Assembly (NCBI GenBank): GCA_012295275.1
Contig: CM022673.1
Location: forward strand, 16,678,001-16,742,000
DNA: 64,000 nt
Direction of reading: 5' to 3'
DNA from: Chrysomallon squamiferum
Lineage: Eukaryota > Animalia > Mollusca
Positions 43,401 to 55,330 of this stretch are shown one piece after another (the first letter of the stretch is position 1; each line of letters opens with the position of its first letter). Under the pieces are notes generated by a model. The model was given only the letters and a program-made list of their open reading frames with translations, was not told where the DNA came from and did no database searches. The position numbers and the translations under genes were made by a program.

Positions 43401-46400
43401 TTAACATTTATGTAAGTAATATTTCTCTTAAGCTTTTATTCATTTGCTTTAAAGCTGAATTTGCTCTCTTTTTTTTTCCATTTATACTTTTTTTAATAAC
43501 TTTTAATTATAATTTTTGTGTTATTTTTATTTTATAATACTGTTGCTGAGATTTGTTCTTTTAAAATAAAGGGTAAAATAAATGGAATAATGTAAATTTA
43601 AACCTAATTCTCTTTAAAATCTTACAAAAATTTAAAAAGTAATAAATTTAAAAGCTTTATTTAAAACTGTATGAATACTGATTTTACTAAACTTTTTATG
43701 TTTAATGTAGTTTTATTACATGGTATATTTCATCATAATAGTTTTTCTGATTCTTTTTATTATATTTTATAATATTTAATGATATCAAAAGCATTTATCA
43801 AATTAATTGTTTTTAAAGAATAATAATCAATCAATAGATACAGAATTGATAGGTTTTCCTTTTATTGCTTCTAATTTTCAAACTTTTTTTCAGTTAAAAT
43901 AATAATTTCATTAGGAACAAAAAAATGGGCCAACATTGAGTTTATTTTATACTGTCATTGTTAGCAAAGTAGGTCCTTGTGTATCAAAGCAATCGTATGA
44001 AGTATACAGAATGTATACAGACACTGGCAAATGTTGTTTTTCAAAACTATTCTACACATTAATTCACAATGCATTAAACTTGTTTTTATTTTTATTTCAG
44101 CTTAATATGGCTGCTGCTGTGGTGAAGATCACTGGATAGTTCAGATGTTTGTGACAGTGAAGAGATGTGAATGAATTTAAAATCAAATGTTGAACTTCTT
44201 CTTTTAAAAAAAATATCTGTACTCTTTTTTATTTATTTGTTTTATATAAGCAAATGAGACCATTTTCTTGCTTGAGAAAACTGGATGTTTGTCAGTGATA
44301 TCTTAAAATTCTCAGTATTGCTGTACAGAAGAATATTGAGTCATATCCAGCAGTATTTTTGTGTTTGCCCTTCTGAGCAGCAGATTTTTCAACAGTGTGA
44401 GCCTTCTGTATATACATTAAGTTAATTACAAGTAACACACATAGTTAGAACTGATACATTACAGTGACAGTTCAAGTTAAACTTACCTTGCTTTTTATAT
44501 TTATTTCAGTTTTGGTGCTCAGTTTATCATATAATTTATTGTTAATATTTATTTTTTTCATTTTTAAGATATTGCATATTAATATGTAGTCCACTGAGTG
44601 GTAACAGCTGAGAGAGAGATTAAAGTTAGATAACTAGGTGTTTTATTTAACATAATTGTAAGAAATAAATGAAGTTAATCGACTGACTATTGAAACTGTT
44701 AAACATACTGCCTCTGATAACTAAGTTGTATGACTTAGCCGAGCAGTTGTCACTGCTGTGTGTTTTACAAGATTTCATTGAGAATGACATGCTTAAATGA
44801 TACTAATAAATATGTACAGTGTTGCTTCTACTGCTGTAGTTTTAGTTCCAGTCCAAGACAAAATGGCCTTTTTTCAGCAGTTTTTCCAATCTTGTACTAG
44901 TTCTGTTACAACATTATTTAATGTCATACCAGTTTTCCCAGACAGCTTTTAATTTATAAAGTCATCAGATATGGTTTAAAAACAGCCACCATGCTTTCTT
45001 TAAAAACAATAACACCTGAACCTCATTATTCCTATAGAAATCAGAACCTAGATTTCAGGATTTCTGTAGCAATCAGTTCATGAAACTAGTCAAGAATTAT
45101 TTATATTTATTTATATATAACAGAGTGTGTATTAGAATGGAATATTTATAATACAGTATTTATTAGTCTCAAATATTTATGATAACTCCTACAACTTGCA
45201 TGATGATAGTGGTGCAAATTTTGTTAATGCTTCTTTCATTGTATTGTATTTACAAAAATCCTTCTCTCCTGAACTCAAACATCTGTAAAACCTCAAGCAT
45301 TTAATCACTGACCTAATTCTTCACAATGTTTTTCATTCAAAGATTAAAAGACAGTAATAACCCCAAAACAATCTTTATCTGTGTTTCCTTTTTTCTGAAG
45401 AAACTGGGCCAGAGGAATGAATTTGTAAAAAACCGGATTACTAGAATAACTTGTATAGTTAAATTAATAAACTGGTTCCTGTACATGTTGTCTCATGTGT
45501 TCTTATTGTTGATTATTACTTTATCAGGCTTCAGTGCTAATTTTAGCAAATAAACAGATATCTTACTACATGATATTGTTGTTTACTGCAATCTCTTTTA
45601 GTCCACAGATACTTCTGTTAAGATGTATAATTTATAGGTTACTCAGAATTGTCTTTAGTTAAAAATCCCCAAAATGATTTTTATCTTTTTAAACCACTAC
45701 TGACATTTTTAAAATAAAGATACCTATATTGGATTTTAAAATATAGAATATTAGATCACAACTGTAATAATATAATTACACTGTCCAGTTAATCTTCTGA
45801 GTGAAAGAATTCCTAGAGCTGGATAAGGCCTTTTTTGTTTTTGTTTTACTGTAGTCAAAAAATTGTTTGATTACTTGGAAATGGGTTCTCTTGATATTTA
45901 TCTAACTTACCTAGTGGGTAGCACACTAGCTTAAAGATCATTAGGTAATGCACCATTGAAATCTTAACAAGTTTCAAAAGTTGATATTAATAGAGAAACA
46001 TCATTGTGGAGTTTCCTTATATATAAATTGTATTTGAAATTTTTATATTGGTCATTCATATCATCTTGAAATACAAGTTTAAAAGCTGATTGAAGAAATA
46101 AAAAAACAACAAAAAACACACAACAAAAAAACAATGATGTTGGCCTTGTTTCCTGTTTAAAAATGTTTTCCTGACAATCCTGGGTCTTCAGTCAAGAGAA
46201 GACCTTCCAAAGATGTTGTTTCTCTTCTTTGCATAGATTCAACCTTTGTAGATATTGTTTTGATGTTGTTCACAGAGGTATAGTATGTTTACTTAATTAT
46301 ATTTTACATTTTCCATTGACATCTCCATACCAGTGATCAAGAATTTTATTAAAGCTTTAAGATTCTGACATGACTAGTTTTTCTTCACAATGACAAATTA

Positions 46401-48976
46401 TTTTTAATATATAATTGATAATAACTTCTAAATATTTTGTTTATATATAATTATATTGGTGGATTATTATTATTATTATTATTATTACTTTATTATTTTG
46501 CAGTTAAAGAATTTTGGTATTTTAGTATTTTATGTTGTTTACTTTGTGTGGTTAGATAGTTGTCTAGTAATAGTTAATAGTTAAATGTAGACAAGCATGG
46601 CATGAACACACAAATCTCAAGATACAGACATACATGTCACATCTTTCAGGTTAATGTAAAAAATTTATGCTGGGAATAATATATTTCATATGGAACATTT
46701 TATTAAAGATGTAACTGAAATTTATTTATTCATTTATTTATTTATTATTATTTTAATTTTTTTAATTTTTTTAATTTTTTTGTTAACAAGATATCTGTTA
46801 AAAAGAGTTGTGTCAACTTAGTACATTTATCAAATGTTTTTTGAAATTACAGCCAAAACAGCCCAGCCTGCACCTGAACATGAAGAAAAAATTAAAATTT
46901 CGCCTCCACGGTTTATTGAACACTTGAATGGACAAATAGTTAACGATGGTGACCAGGTGACACTGCAGTGCAGAATAGCAGGTGAGACAGCTAAACTGTG
47001 ATGTGTGAACTCTGAGACACACTGTACTTGTGCAAAGTGCAACAGAACATAGGATCAGTTCTTATTCAGTTCCAGACTGTAACATTTATTGTTAAAGATA
47101 GTATGACTGGTTTTACCTTATTATAATCATCATTATCCTTGCCATTATTATTATTATCATGTTACCATCATTATCATCATAAATATTATCATTGTCATTA
47201 TCATCATCACCATTATTTTTTTTTTCACTTATTCACTTAAACTAAATCTTTATCAATTATAATTTTTGTATAATTAATTATATTTAGGCAAACCTGATGT
47301 TACATGGTTAAGAAATGGCAAAGAAATAAAACAGTCTGAAGACTTCAGATTTGAGAGTGCCGGAGATGTGTACAAACTAGTGATTGCAGAAATTTTCCCA
47401 GAGGACAGTGGTGTTTACACATGTGAGGCAGTCAACAATGGCGGCTCGTCTGTCAGTCAGTGTTCAATCTTTGTACAAGGTAACAGTTTGTGTTTCTAAC
47501 CTGCTCAATTCCTTCTAAGCTTAGTAAAACATGTTTAAGTTAACTAGGTCTGTTTGAAATGTTGTTGTTATAATTATTTATAATATAATGGCTGGCAGGA
47601 AGCATGTACATCATAAACAAATACTGATTTAAAAAATATTGTGAAAAATTATAAAAATGTATAAACAATTTTTGTGGACAAACCCCCCCACAAAAAATCA
47701 GTAATAAGTGTCTGAAATCTTATAGCCATTAATATTAAAATATTTAATAAGTTAATAAACAGTTAATGACTCGATAAAATGAGTTAACAACTACAACAAT
47801 AATGAATTACTATAATTTATGTTAAAATAGTTTTGAAATATTGTTGTTTTATTCAGATCCTGAAGAAACCCCAGGCTGCCCTATATTCTCCACATTCCCC
47901 AAGTCACTGAATGTGGATGAGGGGAGCCCTGTCAAATTTACCTGTTCTGTAGAATCAGAATCACCTGTAACAGGTAAAATTTAGTGACTTTTTGTCACAA
48001 ATTGTTGAAAGATTCCTCCAGTGAAGTTAAACTCCATAATTACTAACTCTGTTGTATTTTAGTGTATTGATATTTCTTTTTTCTGTTTTAAATATGCAAA
48101 ACATAAAATTTTGGATTTCATTATCACACATTCAATATAAATAATGGATTGTAGCATGTTATATAGGTACAATATTAAATACCTATTTTTATTAAATATA
48201 TACACCACTTTAGTCAACAACCACCATGATGATTTGAATTAAGATCCTCAATTTTTGAGTTTAATGTATAGCATGAAAAGTAGTAATTAAATTAACAGCT
48301 GATTTTGTGCTTAGTGCTAGGATGACATTAAACATTAATTCTTTTTGCTCTAATTGTTTTGTATGACAGTTTCCTGGAACAAAGGAGACAGAAAAATAGA
48401 AGACACAGGCCGTTTCAAGTTTGAACAAGATGACAAAAGTTTCTCATTTGAAATACCAGCTGCCCTGTCGACAGACACAGGGACATACTCTGTCAGAGCT
48501 GAGAATGAGGCTGGCAGTGCCTCTTGGACCTTTTCACTGGGTGTTGCCATGGGAGAATCTGGAGGAGAGGTAGATGTACAAGAATTATTGAAATCTGTAC
48601 AGGTGAGTTAAGGGAATGTTGTTGTTGTGTTTAATTAGTGATGTTCAGTCTTTAAAGTTATTTTGCTTCTGGTTTATAAAGTGTTATAAAATTTTGTTTT
48701 TGAAATGTAGAATACATTGCTGAAAAGCAGTAATTTGGGGAAAAATGTTGTTTTTGTGGTGTGTTTTTTTTAAATCATATTAAATTAAGAATAACATGAC
48801 AGCAGAATAGAACTGTCTGAAAATAATTAAAACAAAAGTTTAAGAAAAGCAGCCAAGTTATGATTGCATTATAGAAGGGTCTTTAATAAAAACATCTAAG
48901 TTATTAAATACACAGCATCATATAAACAGAAACTATCTGTGGAGATTAATTAAATTTAAATTATGTTTTTCAGTAA
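1744..48976 (+). CDS. unc-22: Twitchin (unc-22/projectin-like giant muscle Ig/Fn3 kinase), 5'-partial, 73 traced coding exons
   Basis: Phase-consistent chain of spliced exons (one +1 frameshift in exon 23308-23460; one GC donor at 37894) encoding 18 I-set Ig domains, 15 Fn3 domains and a twitchin-type kinase. The Ig/Fn order matches the Mytilus twitchin pattern as I recall it. Stop TAA is at 48974-48976. The 5' end lies upstream of the window. Confidence 0.96.
3414..6394 (-). CDS. Nested antisense gene: tandem ubiquitin-like-domain protein with a basic C-terminal tail (775 aa, 3 exons)
   Basis: Exon 1 is 6394-6326 (ATG in gaaaacATG context, in-frame upstream TAA at 6436-6434, [23 protein letters not shown], donor gttag). 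Exon 2 is 5910-4204 (ttttcag acceptor, 569 open codons, donor gtcagt). Exon 3 is 3965-3414 (ttttacag acceptor, ends in TGA). Both introns are phase 0. Repeated ubiquitin-like motifs include [42 protein letters not shown] and [30 protein letters not shown]. Confidence 0.85.
7908..8168 (+). repeat. Diverged tandem duplication (about 135-140 bp) spanning an acceptor and exon start
   Basis: ttattaaacattata...ag/aaccagaatgg..tcatgaagaa..tggatgat occurs at about 7908-8028 and 8044-8168. Confidence 0.8.
8991..9047 (+). CDS. Candidate twitchin cassette exon (57 nt, [19 protein letters not shown])
   Basis: Acceptor ttgctttcag and donor GAG/gtaccc. Phase 0-0, matching the host intron 8256-10883. No stop codon. 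Confidence 0.55.
11125..11233. repeat. Compound microsatellite (GA)n-(GGAC)n-(CA)n
   Basis: Directly visible in the sequence. Confidence 0.95.
12614..21193 (+). CDS. unc-22: Twitchin: Fn-Fn-Ig-Fn-Fn-Ig-Fn-Fn-Fn block
   Basis: Exons 12614-12754, 13103-13261, 13421-13572, 14107-14257, 14419-14546, 16258-16429, 16644-16749, 17224-17417, 17846-18018, 18222-18351, 18597-18745, 19169-19304, 19509-19616, 19740-19931, 20101-20205, 20486-20680, 20894-21193. Repeated W..P..DGG.PI.GY.VEK and YxFRVxAxN Fn3 motifs. Confidence 0.94.
15406..15426 (+). CDS. Candidate twitchin microexon (21 nt, IVGAKAG)
   Basis: Acceptor tttgttttttcag and consensus donor gtaagt. Phase 0-0, matching the host intron 14547-16257. 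Confidence 0.65.
21485..32959 (+). CDS. unc-22: Twitchin: Ig-Fn2-Ig-Fn3-Ig2-Fn2-Ig2-Fn block
   Basis: Exons 21485-21642, 21923-22046, 22435-22737, 22886-23036, 23308-23460 (contains a +1 frameshift), 23851-23972, 24249-24414, 24585-24667, 25162-25381, 25681-25869, 26188-26301, 26815-26919, 27100-27297, 27466-27577, 27812-27984, 28151-28339, 28703-28792, 29090-29262, 29599-29728, 30107-30409, 30793-30904, 31021-31193, 31473-31760, 32247-32412, 32802-32959. Confidence 0.93.
23535..23665. repeat. (TA)n microsatellite, imperfect
   Basis: Directly visible; it produces the spurious YIYIYI ORFs. Confidence 0.95.
28341..28406. repeat. (TTA)n microsatellite starting inside the splice donor
   Basis: AAAG/GTTATTATT... 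immediately after exon 28151-28339. Confidence 0.95.
33325..36954 (+). CDS. unc-22: Twitchin kinase domain with N-terminal linker and C-terminal autoinhibitory tail
   Basis: Exons 33325-33390, 33611-33704, 34066-34269, 34706-34847, 35334-35533, 35752-35904, 36213-36258, 36559-36636, 36852-36954. Catalytic motifs are intact ([34 protein letters not shown]). The tail [42 protein letters not shown] is characteristic of twitchin. Confidence 0.97.
37222..48976 (+). CDS. unc-22: Twitchin: five post-kinase Ig domains and linkers
   Basis: Exons 37222-37339, 37721-37893 (GC donor), 38016-38067, 38397-38541, 38791-38971, 39437-39625, 39987-40123, 40283-40439, 46853-46981, 47288-47479, 47857-47973, 48370-48602 and a stop-only exon at 48974-48976. 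Confidence 0.9.
41107..41148 (+). CDS. Candidate alternative twitchin exon (42 nt, [14 protein letters not shown])
   Basis: Acceptor ctattacag and donor gtaaat. Phase 1-1, matching the host intron that starts at 40440. Open frame. Confidence 0.5.
42213..42535 (+). CDS. Candidate alternative terminal twitchin exon, Pro/Ser/Glu-rich (PEVK-like)
   Basis: Acceptor gtttctttcag in phase 1, about 107 open codons with repeated SEP/EPP motifs, and TAA at 42533-42535. AATAAA occurs near 42738. Composition is coding-like within an AT-rich intron. Confidence 0.7.
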
Positions 48977-51567
48977 ATATTATTAATCAAGTCGGGGCAG
49001 TGCAATCTAAGATGCAGTGATGCAGCTGTGATCCAGCTCACCAACATCAGTAAGAGGCTACAGAGCCCTGCTGGAATCACTTACATTGTTTGATCACAAC
49101 TAAGTGGATCATTTTATTTTTGTTTTTCATTAATACAGAAGGCAAGAGGCTTTTTGTAAACTACACTTGTACATTGTGTTATATTTTGCTGTTTGAAGTT
49201 GTTGTTTATTTTTTTTTTCCAACAGGACTGTTTGATATTAATATTAAAAAAAAAATTATAAATATTTAAAAATTTAAAAAAAGAGAAAAAAAGTCATAAA
49301 TTATTTGATGTAGTTTTAGTGCTTTTTTAATTCCAAATCATTTGTGAGTTTGAAGCTTTGTTAGTTGTTAGCTTCCTACAAAACTGTGGTGTTTGACACT
49401 GAGGCATGAATCAGATTTTGTAAACAAATGGTAGCTTTTAATCTATTTGTTGTCATTAGTAACATAGTTTTATACTATCCTTGAACAAAGGTTAATTATC
49501 TAGAGAAAAAATTAAAGAAAAAAGTGTGAAAAAAAAAAGAGGAAAAAAAAATGCATATATATATACATAAAAAAGAGAATATAAAAATACGACAGTGTTT
49601 AGTGTAATATATTATATAATAAAATATTACATTCTGTTTTGAACATTCCACCTAAATATTTAATTATAGTAAATCTGTTTATTGTTGTAACTATACAGAA
49701 TAGTAATGACAGAATCAACAACTTCCTTTTGGATAATCAAAATTATGTATATTTATTCTATACGTTATTTTAAGTTAGTTTATATTTTATTCTAATCTAG
49801 TTTCTACTTTATTTTGTTCCACACTATATTTTTTAAATCTTACCTGCTCTCTTCTATTCTGCAATACTCTATTTCTAGTCTAGTCTGTTCTGTTTTGTTT
49901 TATTCGGTTTTAAATATTATTTTCCAAGGCTGAGAATCGGATAGGTCAAAGCAGTCATTATTCAATTTTATAAAATGTTGATCCATGCTTTGTGGTAGCA
50001 AACACTGCAGTTTTGAGGCAACTTTTATTAAGAATGCTATTTTGTACATTTCTGTTAACCCTTTAGAGACTATGTCAGGATAAGAAACCGTTTATTAGTT
50101 CATTATTAACCATGTTTTGTCATGTTCTTTGTGAAATCCCTCGAATCGGCACTTTGTAAATGTTTCTTGAATTGATGCTTCTTGATTTTTGGGCCTTTAT
50201 GAAGGACTGGAAAATAATTTTTGATTTTGTGGATATTTAAGGAAGATAAATTTTTCATAATAAACAGAAAATAATAAAAATAAAACAAATTAAATATTGT
50301 AAGTTTCATTACAGGAATAATTATTTTTTATTTTGTTTTGGGGTAGAATGCGTTAACAGAAATTGAAGTTTTAAATGAAATTTAATACTGGTATAAAAGA
50401 AAATGTTTACTGTTACTTTAATGAAAATAAATGATAAAAATCATTGGGGTTTCTTCAAGATAAAACAAAATGAAATGTAATAGAGTAAAATACAAAACAG
50501 AAATTTAAAAATAGTCTAAAGCTTTAGCTATATGAATGTAAAAAGTTTGTACTTCTTTAAAATTATCAGTGTAACTATTGTTTAAAAAGATTCAGATTTC
50601 TATCTGTATGAGTCAATTTTAGAATATTGCCTACTTTAAACAGCATATAATTTAAAACACACTTAAACATATTGTTTTAAAGAAAGCCAAGAAACTACTG
50701 TTTAGAAATATTTTGACTTTTTGGCAACATGAATTTTACCTTTCTGTAAGATATGACAAAACTACAAAAAAAAACAACATTTTCTTCTTTTATTTTTAAA
50801 AACTGTCTTTCAAATTAAATTAATGATTAATACCAGTTTTGAAAAAACTATTTAAAAATATCTATGAATTTTACATATTCTTATAAAATAAGACATGATA
50901 AAATCTTCAGTTTTTAGCAGCATGAATTTAAAAGTGTATATTACAACTGTCTTTCAAAATAAGCAAGCCTAGATCTATTTAGTAATAACAGAGAAGCAGG
51001 GACAGATTTAAACATGCCATAACAAGCTGTTATCAAATATTATAAGCTGTAGAATTGATCTTGGATAACAGAAAAAAGTCTGTATAACCTCTGAAATATT
51101 CTAAAGGTACCTTAAACTACAAGGCCTCAATTTGTCAAATATTATACTACCTAGTCTGCTAGTATTAGCAGAAAAAGACTTTAACTGTTTTTGTAGACTG
51201 TTAGGCCTTCATCCTTTCGGAAGTTGTGAGAGGCCCCATCTTGCAAGGGTTAATGCAGAATAAGATAAATAAGTGTATTAAGCTTGTGATAATGAGATAC
51301 TAAACTGTATTTATTTGGCAAGTGCTAACAAAGAACGAGGCTTTGTAAACTGGTTTTATAAAAGAAAGGCCAAGGTTACAGCTATGTCTAAGTCTGGTCC
51401 TGCTCAGAAGTAAAGTCCTTATAGACACTGTAGACATGGATAGACACTGTTGTGAATGATTCCATAGTCTCGGAGACGAGACACAGCCCTCTGCAGTGCT
51501 GCTATTTGGATGAAGTCTGTCAGAATGAGTGCCGTCTGTCTGTCTGTTCAGCTGTCAGCTCAGTTCA

Positions 51568-51573
51568 ATAAAG
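51568..51573 (+). terminator. Candidate distal twitchin polyadenylation signal (AATAAA)
   Basis: AATAAA followed about 20 nt later by a GT/T-rich tract (ttgtttgttttc). Other AATAAA hexamers exist near 50274 and 50426. Confidence 0.35.
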
Positions 51574-54500
51574 TCTGTACATAAAATACATTGTTTGTTT
51601 TCATTTACAATTAAGACGAGAATACTTGATTTAATTTTTTCTTTTTAATTAAAAGAAAACACCTTCAGAATAAAGGGTAAAAGAAAACTGCCACCACTGA
51701 AACGACAGTTTTCACAACTTGCTAATGTCCAAAAATTAAATTAGAATCTGTTGTTTGGCTACAAAAAGCAAAAATAACAAACGCATCATATTAATAATAC
51801 AGTAAATTTATTTTTTTGAAAATATAAAAGTTCATATTCACTGATGTTATGATGAAATCCATTTTAGATGTACATTTTAATTAATGATGGTAGAATAAGA
51901 CATTACAGAAGAAAAAAAATAGTACAAATAAAATGATTGTGTTTGGTTACTATTAGAAACCAATAACATACTGAATAACACATATTAGTTAAATCAACCA
52001 TTTGACTTGCTATAAAAAGCTGATGTCAAAGATCTGCATAATTATCTTCTTCACTGGGACTTGAATTTTACAGTTAGTTACTTTCTATTAATGTGAAAAT
52101 TACTTTGAAGTGAAATTAGAAAAAAGGCACCAAAACAAGAATCAGAAGTCTCTATCCAATGACTAATTTAGATAATGAGAAAAATTGGCATTAAGTGAAA
52201 ATAAATATAAAAAATATCAAAAGTTACAAATTTAATCTTTAATTTATCATTTTTGATTTTTTGGGGTAAAATGACAAAATTATTTTAAAAACTTATTATG
52301 TTATCAGTCAAATATATATGGATAAGATTTTGTTTTTACTACTAACAATTTACAGATATATTCAATCAAAATATAACTGAAAATATTAAATATATAGAAA
52401 AAGTAAGTAAAATATATGTGTCAAATTATTTATTTTTACATTGTAGATAATGTAAATACATATAAAAGTGGAATAAACATTTTGGAATATGACTTTAATA
52501 TGACCAATATGATAAAAGCTATTTTTTCAGTATCACATAATCAGTGTTAGTTTATTATATGTGTGACATACATAGGATAATAATTAAAACTGATAATAAA
52601 GATTTTCAAAATCAGTTTGATTTACACCTATAATAATAATACCATGGCTTTTAATCTTAAAATGCAAATTACTCTGAAAGAACTTTCTAGTTACAATGTA
52701 CCATTTGAACAGGATAATACAGTTGTTTCTATTTTTCACTTACTGTACATGCAACGGATTATTAAAGTAATGCTAACAAGAGCCGGATGTGTGTGGAAGT
52801 TTGTAATGGGGTTTTATGTATTTAAAAACAGGATATTTAAAACTAATAAAAGAATTTGAGATAGTGGCAGTAGAATAATTGGTAATGAAGATAACAGAAA
52901 ATTGTAGTAGTGGCATGAAGTAAGAGGTGTCTACATTTTTGCTTGTTTATTTTGTATAGGCCTATGTGTGTTTAGTGCAGTATGTCAATAAATGCAAATA
53001 TGTGTGTATAATGTGGATTTTAGTGTGTGTGTGTGTGTTGGTGTGGTGTGGATGCAAATATGTTGTATAGGTAGGTGAGTACATGCACTTATTAAGGTAC
53101 GAAAATTGTGTATGCATATGTGTGATTGCACATTACTCAGAGAAATGCAGTTTTATGCAATTCATCTTCCAATATAAACAGTAAGTTTCTCAGAGTGAAG
53201 GCAGGTATCTGGTGTAAAGTCTAATTAACTTTTAAAAGTATTCAATATATTAACATTTAACAATTTGGCACTTTAGATACAAGCAGTAGACACATTCAGT
53301 ATGTCATCTCAATAAAAGAACACATGCTGCAAAAATAAATAAATAATAATAAAGTTATCGTAACAAAGAAAAATAACAAGGCTAGAGGTTCTTAATTTGG
53401 ACCATGAAATCTGCAGGAATTCGGTAAAGAAGTCTGAAGTGGAACCAGAAAGGGACATATGTTATTTTATGTAAACAATGTTTTTTTTTTTTTTTTTTTT
53501 TATAAATTTATAATAATATATTAAACTGTTAGTGTTATGTACCTATTTCATTCCAAACATCACTGATTAAGTTGGAAATAATAAACAGTATAAATTACAT
53601 CAAGATTATTAGTTAATCCTTCCAAATATAAAACTGTCATTGTTCTAATATACATTTACTATTTATAACGTTTTAAAAACATTTATCCATTTTCCTTAAA
53701 AAAAAATAATATTAAGAACCCCTGATCCTGAAACATCACTAAAATGCACTTAGGTATGTGTACAGAACACATCATTTAAATATTTCTCACATCTCTGACT
53801 AATATAAATTAATATATAACACACATATTTATATATATCTACATTATATTTAAATATGCCTTTATTACATTGTATTATATAATATATTGCATTTAAAAAT
53901 CATTGGTTTTATTACTATTTACATATCAAAAGAAAAATTATTAAAAAAAAAAAAAAAAAAATCTAATTTAGTTTTCTTATCACAATTATTTTTCATTTTC
54001 TTAAAATCAAATTAATGAAATAGTATCTGGTGTAAAAATAATTAGCAGTTGATATCAAAATGTGTTAGAATGCAAGTAAAACAGCATCTTGTATGTACAA
54101 GATGTCTGAACTGACAGAACACCAGAGAAAATATTCTTTCTTTTCATTTTCTTTTTTTTTCTGTAAACAAGACAGTATTAAAAAAAGGAAAAAAACAACA
54201 AAAAAAACAGACCAAATTTCTTAATCAAACCTATCCAAAGCACTAGTATTCTAAATATGAAAATATGTTTTTACAACAACAAACAACAGCATCATAATAC
54301 AACAAAAAAAAAAAAAACAGAAATAAATAATAATAATTAAAAAAAAACCAGGAAAAAATAAACAAAATAAACCAAAATAAATCAAGAAAAAACAAAAAAT
54401 ACCATTAACACACAAAATATTAAATAAATAAATAAAATGATAAATATAAATGACATTTAACAACACTTATTAATATTTAGAAATTGAAATACATTTTGAA

Positions 54501-54944
54501 CAATTCTGTAATGCTGCTTTACAGTGTTTGACTTTATAACCACGTCATCTCAACAACATTAATCTATCTACACATACATACACAAAATTATAATAACTCT
54601 TAGCAAACAAAAATCACCGTAACAAAATAAATTAAATTCTTAAATTAATTTTGTGATGAAAAAAACAAATAGTAATAAAAGAAAATAGTGAAGACTAAAT
54701 TTATATTTATTTATATTTAGATTATTTATTTATTTATTTGTTTGTTTATTTATTTATATACTATACATTTTATATGCATGTGTGTTGAGTGACATGATGT
54801 TTACATCACTAAAATCAGTTGTCTACAATCTGTTTGATTTGGTCCATGTCTTTCTAGACAGAACTGAACTTGTTGGGCCTAATGCTTGAAATATAGAAAC
54901 ATATTTATCTGTATCATTCTTAAAATTACCACAAAATATTTGTT

Positions 54945-54947
<3 letters not shown>

Positions 54948-55003
<56 letters not shown>

Positions 55004-55018
55004 ATATATATATATATA
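54948..55018. repeat. (GA)n-(TA)n microsatellite
   Basis: Directly visible in the sequence. Confidence 0.95.
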
Positions 55019-55299
55019 AAGCAAATAATAAATAGTGTAATTGTTAATTCAGTTATGTGTTTAATCAAATTTAATAAAATCCTGATAGAAATAAATGTGC
55101 AAAAGATTTTTTAAAAGCTTACTGAAACAAAATAATAATCATCTCAATTAAATAAACAAATAACAAGCAAATATGCCAATAAATCAATTAGTTTTCTATG
55201 GTAATTTAATAAACACATTTAAAAAAAAAATTTTTCAGTCTTCTTAATGATTATTTATTTATTTAATTTTATTAAGTTATTATTATTATTATTATCAAA

Positions 55300-55330
<31 letters not shown>

